From the human T2T-CHM13v2.0 reference genome, Homo sapiens: 64,000 nt of DNA. The DNA is taken from NCBI RefSeq assembly GCF_009914755.1, contig NC_060929.1, one strand, 5' to 3'. Below, piece by piece: positions 41,649 to 55,000 of this stretch. How positions within the stretch are numbered: position 1 is the stretch's first letter; every line of letters begins with the position of its first letter. The notes beneath the pieces are model-generated. The model did no database searches and was not told the DNA's origin. It saw nothing but the letters and a program-made list of their open reading frames with translations. The position numbers and the translations under genes were made by a program.

Positions 41649-42306
41649 AGGGTCTCAGCACTTTCTCAGGTCCCTTGGAAGAGAAAATAATTATTTTTAT
41701 TATTACTCAATAAATTAACATACATTTGGTTTGGAATTTAAAAAATTAAAGATATCTTGAAAAATTAAACATCATATTGTCTTCACTGGAATGGTTGTCT
41801 CACCCAGCGTCATCTCTTCTAGTGGCTGGATCCTGTTCTTCCTGAAAACCACTCATTTCTGATAACAGTAGAACTGTAGCTCAGAATGCAAGCCAAAACT
41901 GCCTTCCTTGAGTCTGGCCTTGGTCACAAGTGGGTCATCGCTTTATCCAGGACAATCATGATTCTTCCCTGGAATTTTCACACATGATCTTAGCCAAAAA
42001 GCTGAGAAGAAATTCTGGGATTTTCCAATGCACACTTGAGTTTTCTTTCCAGCAGCCAAGCTGTGTGAAGCTGAGCCTGGAGCTGCTGATGGCCATGATT
42101 CCTGAGTTAGAAAATGTCACAATATAAGATGCACACTAAATCAAGACCAAAAACATTTAGAAACTATGACAAATGAATGAAAATTAAGTGGTGAAATGAC
42201 ATTATGTTCTTCTATTTGATTCCACTTATGTGAATTTCTAGACTAGGAAAACTTATTTTGATTAAAAGTACATCTGTGGTTTCTTGGAGGCTTGATTTGC
42301 AGTAAA

Positions 42307-42858
42307 CGTGCAGGAAAGTGTTAACATCAGCAGGCAGGAGACTCCGATCCTTAGAAGGGCCTGCTTGCGAGCTTGGTCTTCGCTGGCATCTAGAAACTTA
42401 TGTTTCAAGAGAGTACCCACCATTCTCTGATAAGAATGATTCATTGTCCTAAACCATTTGTTCAAACAATTGGTTTATCCTGAATATCTGTTTTTCTTGA
42501 AGTCTAAAATTTTTATACAGAGTAGGCAGAGTGTGTCCTATGTAATCAACCCTAATAAAAACCATGGACTCTGAGTGTCTCAAGAGCTTCCCTGGTAGAC
42601 AGCATTTCATACTTGCCATTACAAGTTGCTACTGGGTGAATTAAGATCAGCTGGTGTGACTCCAGTGGGATAAGATTCTTGGATGCTTGCACCTGGTTTC
42701 TTCCGGATATTGCTGGATGCACCTTTTCTCTTTGCTGATTTCGCTTTTTATCCGTTTTCCATAATAAATCACTGCCATGACTATGCCTATATGCTGAGTC
42801 GTGGGAGCACTCCTTACAAATCACCAAACCTGGGGATGGTCTTGGGACCCCTGGTACA
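42307..42858 (+). mobile_element. MER68-like ERVL solo LTR (within an L1ME 3' remnant)
   Basis: gtgcaggaaagtgttaacatcagcagg…ccttagaagggcctgcttgc; end accaaacctggggatggtcttgggacccctggtaca. Confidence 0.78.
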
Positions 42859-43529
42859 GCAAAAAGAAACTTTTTATCTCAATAGAAGTGTGATTTATGT
42901 GGCTGCATTCAATTGTCAAAATTGATTGAACTGTGTACTTAAGATCTGTGTATTATACCTAATAAAATTATTTTGAGGAAAAAACGATTAATACATTTGT
43001 TAAAAAATAAGATTATGTGAAGTGTTATTCTTTAGTTGCATGACCTTTCAAAAGAAGACCTGAAATTCCATGACACAAAGGACAGTGTTCCAAAGACAGA
43101 TGATTTCATCATCTGTTGAATGAAGTGCATAACCTCTGGAAGGGCCTCTGCAATTTCTCAACCCACTAAACCCATGGAAATGGTAACATTCACGTAGTCC
43201 TGACAGACTTCTTATTCCACTTGGCCATATGGTTAATTAGAGAAAAACTTGGCATTGCATTTAAATAATGTATATTTTCAACTTTTTTAAGGTAAGAGAG
43301 GTGAGGGATCAGGGCTTGAAAGACATGGAAAGACATGGCCAGATTTGATTCATGCCTTTTATACCAGTTTTCCAGCTGCCAGTTGATGGAGGCATTTCAT
43401 GATTTCTCAAAAAACTATCCCAGGCATGGCAGCTCTTCAAGTGGACAGGACCTTGTTATCACATTAAGAGCTATTTAGACTTATTATATGAGATTCTTCT
43501 TTGCAAATTCTAAATGAAATTAAGATCAG

Positions 43530-43780
43530 TGAACATTCCAAGATATCTACATCATAGTTTATTCTTCTAATAGGTATTTCAGTGAAAAAGATTCTATCAT
43601 CAAAAAACAGAAATCTTTAATGTAATAATTCTCAGAAGCATTAATATATTAGCACGAAATGTGATTATTCAAGATAGAGAAAAAATTTGGTGTTTACCAA
43701 CTCTTGTTTTTCTCAGCTATAGAGCCCTGTGGGGCTCTTTTTGGAATCTATTTCTTGAGGAAGAGATAACATATTACCAA
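43530..43780. mobile_element. Possible MER103-like hAT MITE remnant
   Basis: taataggtatttc…gaaaaagattc, tcagaagcattaatat…aatgtgattattcaaga; degenerate. Confidence 0.35.
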
Positions 43781-45538
43781 AGAGAAAAGTAGTTGTCTTT
43801 ATTTCTAGGTTTTTTTAAATTAAAGTCTATAATAATGTAAATTTGAATTACATACTGAATTTAATAGTTACATGATAAAACTAGTATGCAAAATGCGGTA
43901 TATTTTTGTACATTACAAATTAGAAAATGAAGTTAATACTAACTTTTAAAAGGAAAGCAAGACGGTCGGATGTCTGTGTTAAAACTGAGATTTCTCATTT
44001 CCCTGACTTTCATTAAGTTTAGGGTAGCAGCTGAGGCCTTGCTAATGCTCAAATCCTCTTCTCATTGGTATGTATAGTTGAATGAGGAATTTTCGGGTGT
44101 CAGATGGGTTAACAGTAAGAGGATCTTTTCGTGCTGTGTTTGCTTAATTAGAGTTGGTACTTCCAGATGTTATCTACCGGTATGCAAGAATTTCACATAA
44201 CACTGAGGGAAAACACATTTTACACATTTTTTTAGCTCATGTATTTAATTTAAACTACCTTCTGTAATATCTTGCCCCCCTAAATTGTATACAGAATGCT
44301 GTGTTTCAGTATAAAATGCTGAAAACCAAATGGAAACTTCTAGAACCCAATAATTTTATATAACACACAGAAAAAAATTATTAGTCTAAAAATCAGCTCA
44401 TCATTCACTGTACCAAAAGATGGTAGAAAGAAGCCTCATAAAAATTCAGAGTTAAGGTTGTATATTAGACAGAATAAATCTAGAGCAAAAATAATTTTTT
44501 TTTCCCAGAAAGCATCAAAAGTCAGTGAGAAGTGACAGGACTGATTAGAAATTTAAGAACCTGGAAGTGTCCTACAAAGTGGTAGCTATAAGCTGTCATG
44601 TCATGATGTCATATTTTTAAGTCTTAGGAACTTCTGTGAACACATGATAAAAGGAAATGGATCACATTACTTTTAAGTAAATCACTTATTTTATGATGCA
44701 GTATATATTTTGAGCATAGTAACATCACCAATCTATTTGAATAATCGTATTTGTAAAATCCCTAGAATTTTAAAGATATATAGGTTTCATGTTTTATAAC
44801 TACCTCTTATATTCCAAAGGATAAGTTACATAAATTTTCATCCAGGCAAGAGCTGTGGAGTTCTAGGGATTTGTAGAATGATTAGTTCAGTGGATTTTAA
44901 TGGTCACAAAAGGAGGAAATGATGCGTAAAATAACCAAAATGTACCAATTTGGAGCTTACAGAAAACCATGCAATCTGTAATACCAGATACCATGCTTTC
45001 CATCCAATTTACTAATTCTTTCCAGTGACATGCTGCTGCCCGTGTGACACAGCTGCTGGCCTCATCTTTAAGGCACTGAAATGCCTGGAACTGATGATGC
45101 AGATGCTTTGCCCACGCAATGCTTAGCTCCATTTAATAATTGTGCATTGACAAGTGAGTATGCAATCTAGCCATTATGAAAATTAAGCTATCTTAATGAT
45201 GAGACAGATGATGGATGATTTGGGGTGACAGAATCATGATACTACTGCCTATTTTATAACTGCCTACAGACAGGCACAAATTCTTAACATGATACTCATT
45301 AGCTTGCTTTGTTCAAGCAATGAAACTTGCACTAGACTTGCAGTTATTAGAAATATATTGAAGCCCATATGTGAAGGTAGACACAATCTCTCTTGGATAC
45401 TTAATATGAAAATCAGATGGCACTACATTGTCTTTACTACCCCTCGGAAATGTAAATTTTGGAGGTAGTCACTGCACTGGCAAATTTACAAGATGATAAC
45501 TCCCGAATAACTAAATCAAAATTCTATTCTGCCTGAAT

Positions 45539-45578
45539 GGTACCTATGACAGATGTCAATTCACCTGTCATAGGTACC
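45539..45578. repeat. Perfect 14-bp inverted repeat with a 12-nt spacer
   Basis: ggtacctatgacag (45539-45552) / ctgtcataggtacc (45565-45578). Confidence 0.9.
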
Positions 45579-45871
45579 TTGTACAAGATCCCACCAAAGT
45601 ACAGGAGCAATGTTTGTAATTACCTTATATCATATTAATTGGCTTCACTATATGATTATGGATACAAAAGATTTTTGCTTAAGAATGATGTACTTGAATA
45701 AGTGTTACATTTACATCATGAACATGAACATTACATGAACATTACATCAATCCTGTCAACATCAACAAATTGTATTATAGTGGTGAAAGAACATTTTAAA
45801 TCAAAATCTATGTAGCTACCTTAACCAGGAAGAGTGACCCACTGATAAGTCCACAAAACTGTTCTTGTGCA

Positions 45872-46235
<364 letters not shown>

Positions 46236-46315
46236 CTACACTGTAAACGTGCATTTTTCACTGTGCTCTCATATTACATGTTAGATAGCATAAAGTATGG
46301 CAATTATCACACCGA

Positions 46316-46612
46316 TTTTTTTTTGAGACAAAGTCTCGCGCTGTCGCCCAGGCTGGAGTGGCAATGGCACTACCTCGTCTCACTGCAACCTCTGCCTCCT
46401 GAGTTCAAGTGATTCTCCCACTACTTAGCCTTCCGAGTAGCTCGGACTACAGGCTCACACCACTACGCTTGGCTACTTTTTTATATTTTTAGTAGAGACG
46501 GGGTTTCACCATGTTGGCCAGGCTGGTCTTGAACTCCTGACCCCTCTTGTGATCCTCCCGCCTTGGTATCCTAGAGTGCGGGGATTACAGGCGTGAGTCA
46601 CCACGCCCGGCC
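46316..46612 (-). mobile_element. AluS
   Basis: Antisense Alu ending ccacgcccggcc; partial TSD cacacc(g/a)a. Confidence 0.92.
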
Positions 46613-46869
46613 GCACACCAAGTTTTGGCTTTTGGTTAGGCTGTTTTCCTCCACAACTACATTGAAAAATTACTTTAGAGAAAGACCAAGTTTTATTCTT
46701 TTTTTAAAAATGTGATTTCAGTAACCAGCAGAGTACCTTGTACATAGAAGATGACAATTTAATGTAAATGAGTAAAATGGATAAGAAAATGGATAAAAAT
46801 TTTCATATATTCTTCAGAAAAATCCTACAGCTTTACTTTCTTTCATACAGTTAAAGGGCTACTTTACAT

Positions 46870-49728
46870 TTTTTTTTGATTGGCTCAGGTAGCTCCTGAC
46901 TTACGTGCTTCTGTCACACAACTGACACACCAAATAAACAAAAATGACCTGAAGCACAAAAGGGTAATAAAGAGCAGAGAGAAGAGGAAGGTCAACATTG
47001 GAAGAAGGAGAGGTATATGAGTTTCCTGTCTATATGGCTTTTAGCCAGAGAGCAGACTGCTGCGGCTTCCATGTAGTGTGGCAAATTCTCCAAGTAACTG
47101 GCAGCACTTTTGGCTTGAAGAATCAAAGGACGGAGTTTGGGGCAACTCACGGCCACTAGAAAGTGATTTTTTAAAATCCTAAAAGGAGAGACAACATATG
47201 GAGTTTCTCAAAATCTGTAAATAAATATTGACCATTTTTCAGGTTGACCCCAGAATCGGGTATATGCTGTTCAGACTTAAAGCAGTCCAGCTAAGTATAA
47301 AAGAACTATACTGAGATTGGAGATATTGCTGAAGAAACAGTTTATAGTTGAAATTCAAGCAGGTTAATTAACCTTATAACAAAAACTTAAACACTCTTTG
47401 GGGACAATAACAGAATTCACAATTTCAATAACATAATATTCACAACATCCAGCTTACTATCCAAACTTCCTTGATATAAGAATAAAAAACATATGATCCA
47501 GTATCATGTAATAAGATGATCAATAGAAAGCAACTCCCAAATGACACAGATATTAGACTTCATAGAGACGGATTTTAAAGCATCTATTTTAAAATGCTCA
47601 AAAAATAAAGAAAAATATATTTGCAATAAATGAACACAGAGCAAAATTCAGATGATAAATAAAAATATTTAAAAATTCTAAAATCAAATGATTAAGTACC
47701 TGAAATTTAAAATTCACAAGATGAACTTGATCACAAGTAGATGATAGAGGAGAGAAGACTAGTAAACCTGAAGATAAAAAAATAGAAATTATCCAAGTCA
47801 AAATGAGAGAGATAAGCTTGAGAAAAAGGAAGAATATTAAATATCTGTGAATATTAAAAATATTAAATATCATAGATATTTAAATATTAAATATTATTAT
47901 TAGAATAGAATATTAAAAATCATAGATGCTTCAGTCCCTGATACAAAATGGGCAAAGTATTTGCATATAACCTATGCATATCCTCCTATACAGTTTAAAT
48001 CATCTCTAGATGACTTATGATACCTAATAAAATATAAATCCTATGTAAATAGTTGTTGTATTTTTTAGGGAATAATTTTTTTAAAAGGCTGTACATGTTC
48101 AGTGGAGATGCAATTTTTTTCTGAATATTTTTGATCTGTAATTGGTTGAATCCATCAATGAGGAACACATGGTGGGCCTACTGTACAAAGAAATACATGC
48201 GTAGGCATACCATAATCAACTTATTGAAAAAAAATAAAGAGAAAATATTGGAATCAACCACAAAAAATAATATACTGGGGACTTGTGATTTGAAGAAATC
48301 CTGACTTAGAAACCATAGCTACCAGAAGACATTGCAACAGTATCATCAAGTGAAGAAAAAAGAGAGATATATCAATCCAGAATTCCATACACAAAGTATC
48401 CCTCAACACTGAAAGCAAAATAAAGATACAATCAGCTAAATTAAAATTAAGATAACTTATTGCCATAAATTTAAGTTCCAGGCACTACATGAAATTTTAA
48501 AAGAAAATTTTAAACTGAAGAAAAATAAAGCCTTAGAAAAAATTTGTTCTTCAGAAAGGAGGGAAAAACGTCAGAAATAGTAAATAATGAGGGTAATATA
48601 AAATATGATTTTTTAAAATTTCCTGAAAATGCATAGTCTGATCAAGCTAAACTTATTATCTTAGTTGTTTGTAATGTACATAGATATAATACATATGGCA
48701 ATTATAACATAAAAGATAAAGATTAAGTTTACAAGATTTCTACATTTTTATGTGTGTGATAGAGTACTAATTCTAAGTATGTTTTGAAAAGTTAAGGATA
48801 TATATTGTAATCTCTAGAGCACTAAGAAAGTACTCTACAATATATAGTTGTTTATTTAGAACACATATTCTAAATATATATTGTAATCTGAAGCACTAAA
48901 ATATAATGCAAAACTTCAAGACACCGATCATTATCAAAGTAAAAATGAGCTATTTAATGACCAAAAGATCAACTTGTCAATAGCAATCATGAATTTGTAA
49001 GCACCTAATAATAGAGTTTCAAAAAAATCAGTGACAAAATTGGCAGGATTAAAGGAGGAAACAGATAATAGATTGGAAATGACTTAGTGTAATATAAGCA
49101 AATTGAATCCAGAAATGTGAAAAAAAAAGTTCATACATCATGACCAGTTAAGTAGGGTTTATCACAAGAATGCAAGTTTGATGTAATATTTAAAAATCAA
49201 TCAATGAAATTTACCTCATTAGGAGAGTAAAGGAGAGAAACTGTAACATCATTTCAATAAGTGTACAAAAGCATTTGAAAATAATTCTATACCTATTCAT
49301 GATGAAACTATCAGCAAACTAGAAATAGGAATAGTCTAAACGGCATCAAAAATAAAGCAGTTACAGGGGATACTAGCAAGCTGGTAACATAGGAATTTTC
49401 AGTCTTGACTCCATTCTATGAAATGTAGCAACAATCCACAGGATAGAATGTCTCTTAGAAGGTTCCAGTACTTAAGTACAAGCTTGAGACAACTGCATGG
49501 TGTCTATATTTATATTTATATAAAAATATATAAAACAAAAATTTAAAAATCTGATAGGAGAGATAGATTGTAATATAAAAATAGTAGGAATTTTCAACAT
49601 GATACTTTCAACAATAGACAGATTATCCAGACCAAAAAAATTAATAAGAAAACATTGGAATTTAACAATACTTTAGACTGAATGGATCTAAAAGACATAT
49701 ATACTTACCATGCCATTCAACAGCAACA
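46870..49728 (+). mobile_element. Old L1M fragments (5'UTR, ORF1, ORF2), interrupted by MER2
   Basis: aacctgaagata…atagaaattatccaa, aatccagaattccatac, aagaatgcaag…aaaatcaatcaatg, agacagattatccagac. Confidence 0.6.
47920..48183 (+). mobile_element. MER2 (Tigger-derived) fragment
   Basis: gtatttgcatataacctatgcatatcctcc…aaatcatctctagat…ttggttgaatcc…ctactg|ta. Confidence 0.8.
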
Positions 49729-51275
49729 GTCTCACATCCAGGTCATGCTGATGCAAGAGGTGGGTTCCCATGGTCTTGGGCAGCTCTGCCCATGTGGCTC
49801 TGCAGGGTACAGCCTCTTTCCTGGCTGCCTTCATGGGTTGGCATTGAGTGTCTATGGTTTTCCAGGCGCATGGTGCAAGCTGTCAGTGGATCTACCATTC
49901 TGGGGTCTGGAGGATGATGGCCCTCTTCTCACAGCTCCACTAGGTGGTGCCCCAGTAGAAACTGTGTGGGGACTCTGACCCCACATTTCCCTTCCACACT
50001 GCCCTAGAAGAGGTTCTCCATGAGAGCCCTGCCCCTGCTGAAAACTTCTGCCTGAACATCCAGGCGTTCTATAAATCCTTTGAAATCTAGGCAGAGGTTC
50101 CCAAATCCCAACTTTTGACTTCGCTGCACTGCAGCAGTCTCAACACCATGTGGAAGCTGCCAAGACTTAAGGCTTGCACTCTTTGAAGCCCTAGCCCTAC
50201 ATTGACCCCTTTCAGCCAGGGCTGGAATGGCTGGGACACAGGGCACCAAGTCCCTAGGCTGCATACAGCATGTTGACACTGGGCCCAGCCCTGGAAACCA
50301 CTTTTTCTTCCTAGGCCTCTGGGTCTGTAATGAGAGACGCTGCCATGAAGACCTCTGATATTCCCTGGAGATATTTTCCCTATTATCTTGGGGATTAACA
50401 TTTGACTCCTCATTACTTATGCAAATTTCTGCAGCTGGGTTGAATTTCTCCTCAGAAAATGGGATTTTATTTTCTATTGCATTGTCAGGCTGCAAATTTT
50501 TCTGAACTTTTATGCTCTGCTTCCCTTATAAAACTGAATGCCTTGCTGGGTGCAGTGACTCAGGCCTGTAATCCCAGCACTTTGAGAGGCTGAGGTGGGT
50601 GGATCACAAGGTCAGGAGATCGAGACCATCCTGGCCAACATGGTGAAACCCCGTCTCTACTAAAAATACAAAAATAAGCTGGGTGTGGTGGTGCATGCCT
50701 GTAATCCCAGCTACTCAGGAGGCTGAGGCAGGAGAATCACTTGAACCCGGAGGCAGTGGTTGCAGTGAGCTAAGATCGTGGCACCGCACTCCAGCCTAGA
50801 TGACAGAGCGAGACTCTATCTCAAAACAAACAAACAAACAACAAACCTGAATGCCTTTAACAGCACCCAAGTCACCTCTTAAATACTCTGCTGCTTAGAA
50901 ATTCTTTCTGCCAGATACCCTAAATCATCTCTCTCAAGTTCAAAACTCCACATATCTCTAGGGCTGGGGCAAAATGCCACCAGTCTCTTTGCTAAAACAT
51001 AACAAGAGACACTTCGCTCCAGTTCCCAACAAGTTCCTCATCTCCATCTAAGACCACCTCAGCCTGGATTTCTTTGTCCGTATCATTATGAACAGTTTAG
51101 TCAAAGCCATTCAACAAGGCTCTAGGGAGTTCCAAACTGTCCCACATTTTCCTGTCTTCTTCTGAGCCCTCCAAACTGTTCCAACCTCTGCCTGTTACCC
51201 AGTTCCAAGGTTGCTTCCACATTTTTGGATATCTTTTCTTTTCAGCAGTGCCCTACTCTACTGGTACCAATTTAC
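49729..51275 (-). mobile_element. THE1A/B-int (3'-truncated), interrupted by an Alu
   Basis: gtctcacatccaggtcatgctgatgcaagagg … ctggtaccaatttac; ORF 50004-50495 is the MaLR-int ORF remnant. Confidence 0.9.
50545..50845 (+). mobile_element. AluSc-like
   Basis: ggagatcgagaccatcctggccaacatgg; TSD ctgaatgcctt at 50534-50544 and 50847-50857. Confidence 0.92.
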
Positions 51276-51617
51276 TATATTAGTCCATTTATATGCTGCT
51301 GATAATGACATACTCGAGGCTGGGCAATTTACAAAAGAAAGAAGTTTATTGGACTTAGTTTCACATAGCTGGGGAGGCCTCACAATCATCGCAGAAGGCA
51401 AGGAGGAGCAAGTCACATCTTACATGGATGGTGGCAGGCAAAGAGAGTTTGTGCAGGGAAACTCCCCTTTTTAAAACCACCAGATCTTATGAGATTTATT
51501 TGCTATTATGAGAAAAGCACGGGAAAGACCTGCCCCCATGATTCAATTACCTGCTACTGGGTCCCTCCCACAACATTCAAGATGATATTTGGGTGGGGAC
51601 ACAACCAAACCATATCA
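51276..51617 (-). mobile_element. THE1A/B 5' LTR
   Basis: tatattagtcc…gctgctgataatgacatac…ggggacacaaccaaaccatatca. Confidence 0.88.
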
Positions 51618-52027
51618 TTAACCATAGTTCCTGAGTTAACGCCCGCTTTTAAAAAGCTGCCTTTTCTCAAGTACTTTAAGATTTTTAGCTCCAATTTTAA
51701 AAACATAAAAAATTCATAATTCACACATTTTTTTACTGCAGTCATTGTAGATATTACTCCACTGTTACATACTATTAGATGATAGTGCACAGAGCCTGGG
51801 AGGAGCCTGGTTTTTGCCCTTTTGTACATTATCTAACTTTATTTCCTTTTCTTTTATTGCGTTGAGATTCATAATGATTTTTATTTTACTTTTCAAATCT
51901 GGTGAGTAGCATAAGAAGGCACTCATTATAGATAACTGTGCATCAATTTTGTGAGAGATATTGGAGTATTTTTCATTTGTAGACTTGAATCTTTTTTTTT
52001 AAGAAAGTTTCTTTGAGAAAGACCTTT

Positions 52028-55000
52028 AAGATGTCTGATTAGAAGCAACTGGTATTTCCCTCTTCTACAAAGAAGAACCAAAATTCTGAGTAGATAATCA
52101 CACTTTGAATAGATTATCTAAGAGAGAACACTGGAGTTCAACAGAAAAATGACAGGAAACATTTAAAGCAAGGAAAGAGAGTGAAGCAAAACAGCCTGCT
52201 TTACTGGGACCAGTGGGGAGCCTGGAGAGGTTCTACATTGTGTGGAAAGGCTGAGTGACCTTCCCAGAATCCATATTCCCACCATGGACTCCCATGCTCC
52301 TAGCTACATGAGAGACTCTAGACCTTTGTGAACCCTGAGGCTAACATAGGGAGTCACCTAGACACTGCATGAAGGCACTGCTCCAGTGAGGGAGCTCGTG
52401 CTGGGTACCACACCCCCACAAGCCCTAAGCAGCTACAGCAAGGCACCATACAGACAGCCCAGTCCCCTCTAGACCATGTCCTGCCCAGAAGCCTAACAAC
52501 CCCTGCATTTTCACATCCCTGGAGCCTCATTGACATCCCCTGCTCACAGCCACTGCCATGGCTGGCTGCTTCTGTCAAGGCTGAAGCACAATCCATTGGC
52601 AATAACCCCACTTCTTTAAGCAGCAAAGCTACCATGCATTTTCATACACCTTCAGGACAAACCCCTCCAGCAGCTGCAGGCTGCTGCCATTGAGATCAAA
52701 GCACAGTGAAATGCATGCACCTCCAACACCTGCATAAGGCTGTTGCCATTGAAAGCAACCCCACCCTCCACAGTATCTGGGCTGCAGTGCCATTGCTGTG
52801 GCCCCTACCTAAGCATTCTGCTGGGTTCCTAGGGGTCACCTCACCCATGTCTACCACAATCAGCACCTGTGTGCTCCACCAGGGGTCCTGAGGGCAGGTT
52901 TGCCCAGCCAGGACCTAACCACCCTGTAAGTGCCTGAGCATGCCCCCTGGCAGGCTGCAGACCAACCAGCCAAGTTCACCACCATTGGTCAATGAACTAT
53001 CTTCCCAGGGGCCTGAGGTCAAGCCCACCCAGCTTGCCATTACCACAACGCTGGCACCCACAACAGCTGGTTACTATACATGTGCCACCTGTGGACCTGG
53101 AGACTGGCTCACTCAGCCTGTTGCAACCACTGCCAAGACCAAAGTGAACTTCTTGTGAGCCAGAAAATTGTCCCATCCCTGCTATTGACATTGTCCTTGT
53201 CACACCCACTGCCTAGGGCCCTGGGGACTTGTCCATCTGCCTAGCTATCTTCTGCCATTACTAGCACCCAAGCAAGTCACCTGGAGGCCCCAAAATTGAC
53301 CCCCTTGGACCTACTAACAGTGGTAACAACTTATACCACCCTGAGGCTCAAGAATGGGCCTATTTCATGACCCCGTACCCACCAAAACTTTATCACAGCC
53401 TCCACTAGCAATTGTACCCTAGGCCAATGGGGAAATAACAGATATCACTGATGCTGTTTATAGCCAGATAAATTATATTCAGACTACAACTGTACACACT
53501 GAGAATCAAAATTAAAGTGTGTTACCCAATGAACACCATAAATACATCTTCAGAAATATGTCCTCCCCTTAAAAAGTAAATTCTAAAACTAAGAAGGGTG
53601 ACTGTTATACCATATGAGCAGTTATCAACATAAGGACACAATAAACATGAAAAAGTAAGAAAACATTACACCTTGAAAGGGTCACAATAATTCTCCAGCA
53701 ACAGAGTCCAATAAAACAATTATAAAATTCCAGAAAGAGAATTCAAAATAATGATATTAAAGAAGTTCAGGAAGATATAAGATATAAAACAATACAAAAA
53801 GACAACACAAATAAATCAGGAAAACAATTCAAGACAGGAATGGGAAATTTACCAAAGAGATGATATAAGAAGACCAAACAGAAATTCTGGAACTGAAGAG
53901 TTAATTAAATAAAATAATAAGACATTCAAAATCTTCAACAATAGATAAGATCAAGCAGAATAAAGAATTTCAGAACTGGAAGACAAGTCTTCTGAAATAA
54001 CGCAGACAAAAAGTAAGCAAAAAGAATAAAAGAGAATGAACAAAACCCATGTGACATATAGGACACCATAAAGTGACCAAATATTTAGGGTCCCAGAAGG
54101 TGAAGGGAAAAATAAAAGAAATAGAAAACGTATTTAACAAAATTGTCCTCAAGTCTAGGAAGAACATTAGACTTTGAGATACAGGAAGCTCAGAGATTGG
54201 CAGATACAATTTTTTGAAAAAGGTCTTATCTTTTGTAAATTATAGTCAAACTGTCAAAAGTCAAAGAGAGATAATTCTAAAAACAGAAAGAGAAAAGTAT
54301 CTGGGCATTTATAAGGTATCCCCCAGTAGGATAACTGTGATATTCTCAGGAGAAACCTTATAGGCCAGGAGAGAATTGGATGATAAATTTGAAGTATTAA
54401 AAGAAAAAACTTCCAGCCAAGGCTATCATACTCCATAAAGTTACATTTCTTAAATGAAGGAGAAATAAAGTCTTTCCCAGACAAGCAAAAGCTCTGGGAA
54501 TTCATCACCACTAGACAGGCTCTTTAAGAAATGCTTAAGGAAGTTCTACACGTGGAAGTGAAAGAATGATATCTGCCACCATGAAAATGCATGAAAGTAT
54601 AAAACCCATTGGCAGAGCAAACACACAAATGATAAAGAAAGGACTCAAAACAGAAAACCACCAAACCAAAATGGTAAATAGTAAGACAGAAAAAAGGGAC
54701 AAAGGAGGTACATACAACCTGAAATCAATTAATAAAATGACAGGAATAAGCTCTTACATACCAATAATAACCTTGAAAGTAAATGGATTAAGCTTTCCAC
54801 TTAAAATATGTAGACTGACAGGATGAATTTTATTTTAATTGGTTCAACTATATGCTGCCTACAAGAAGGCCATCTCACCTTTTTAAAGACATATAGACTG
54901 AAAGTAAAGGAATAGAAAAAGATTTTCCCTATAAACAGTAACAAAAGTGAGCAAGAGTATCTATACTTATATAAAACAGACTTTTTGTCAAAAAGAACAA

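Noticed and set aside
43721-43742. agagccc-tgtg-gggctct hairpin followed by a T run (terminator or histone stem-loop look-alike)
   Set aside because: Only a 7-bp stem, does not match the histone stem-loop consensus, and intrinsic terminators are not relevant in this genome.
50004-50495. Longest ORF (163 aa, - strand)
   Set aside because: Lies inside THE1-int, is the decayed MaLR internal ORF, and has no ATG start.
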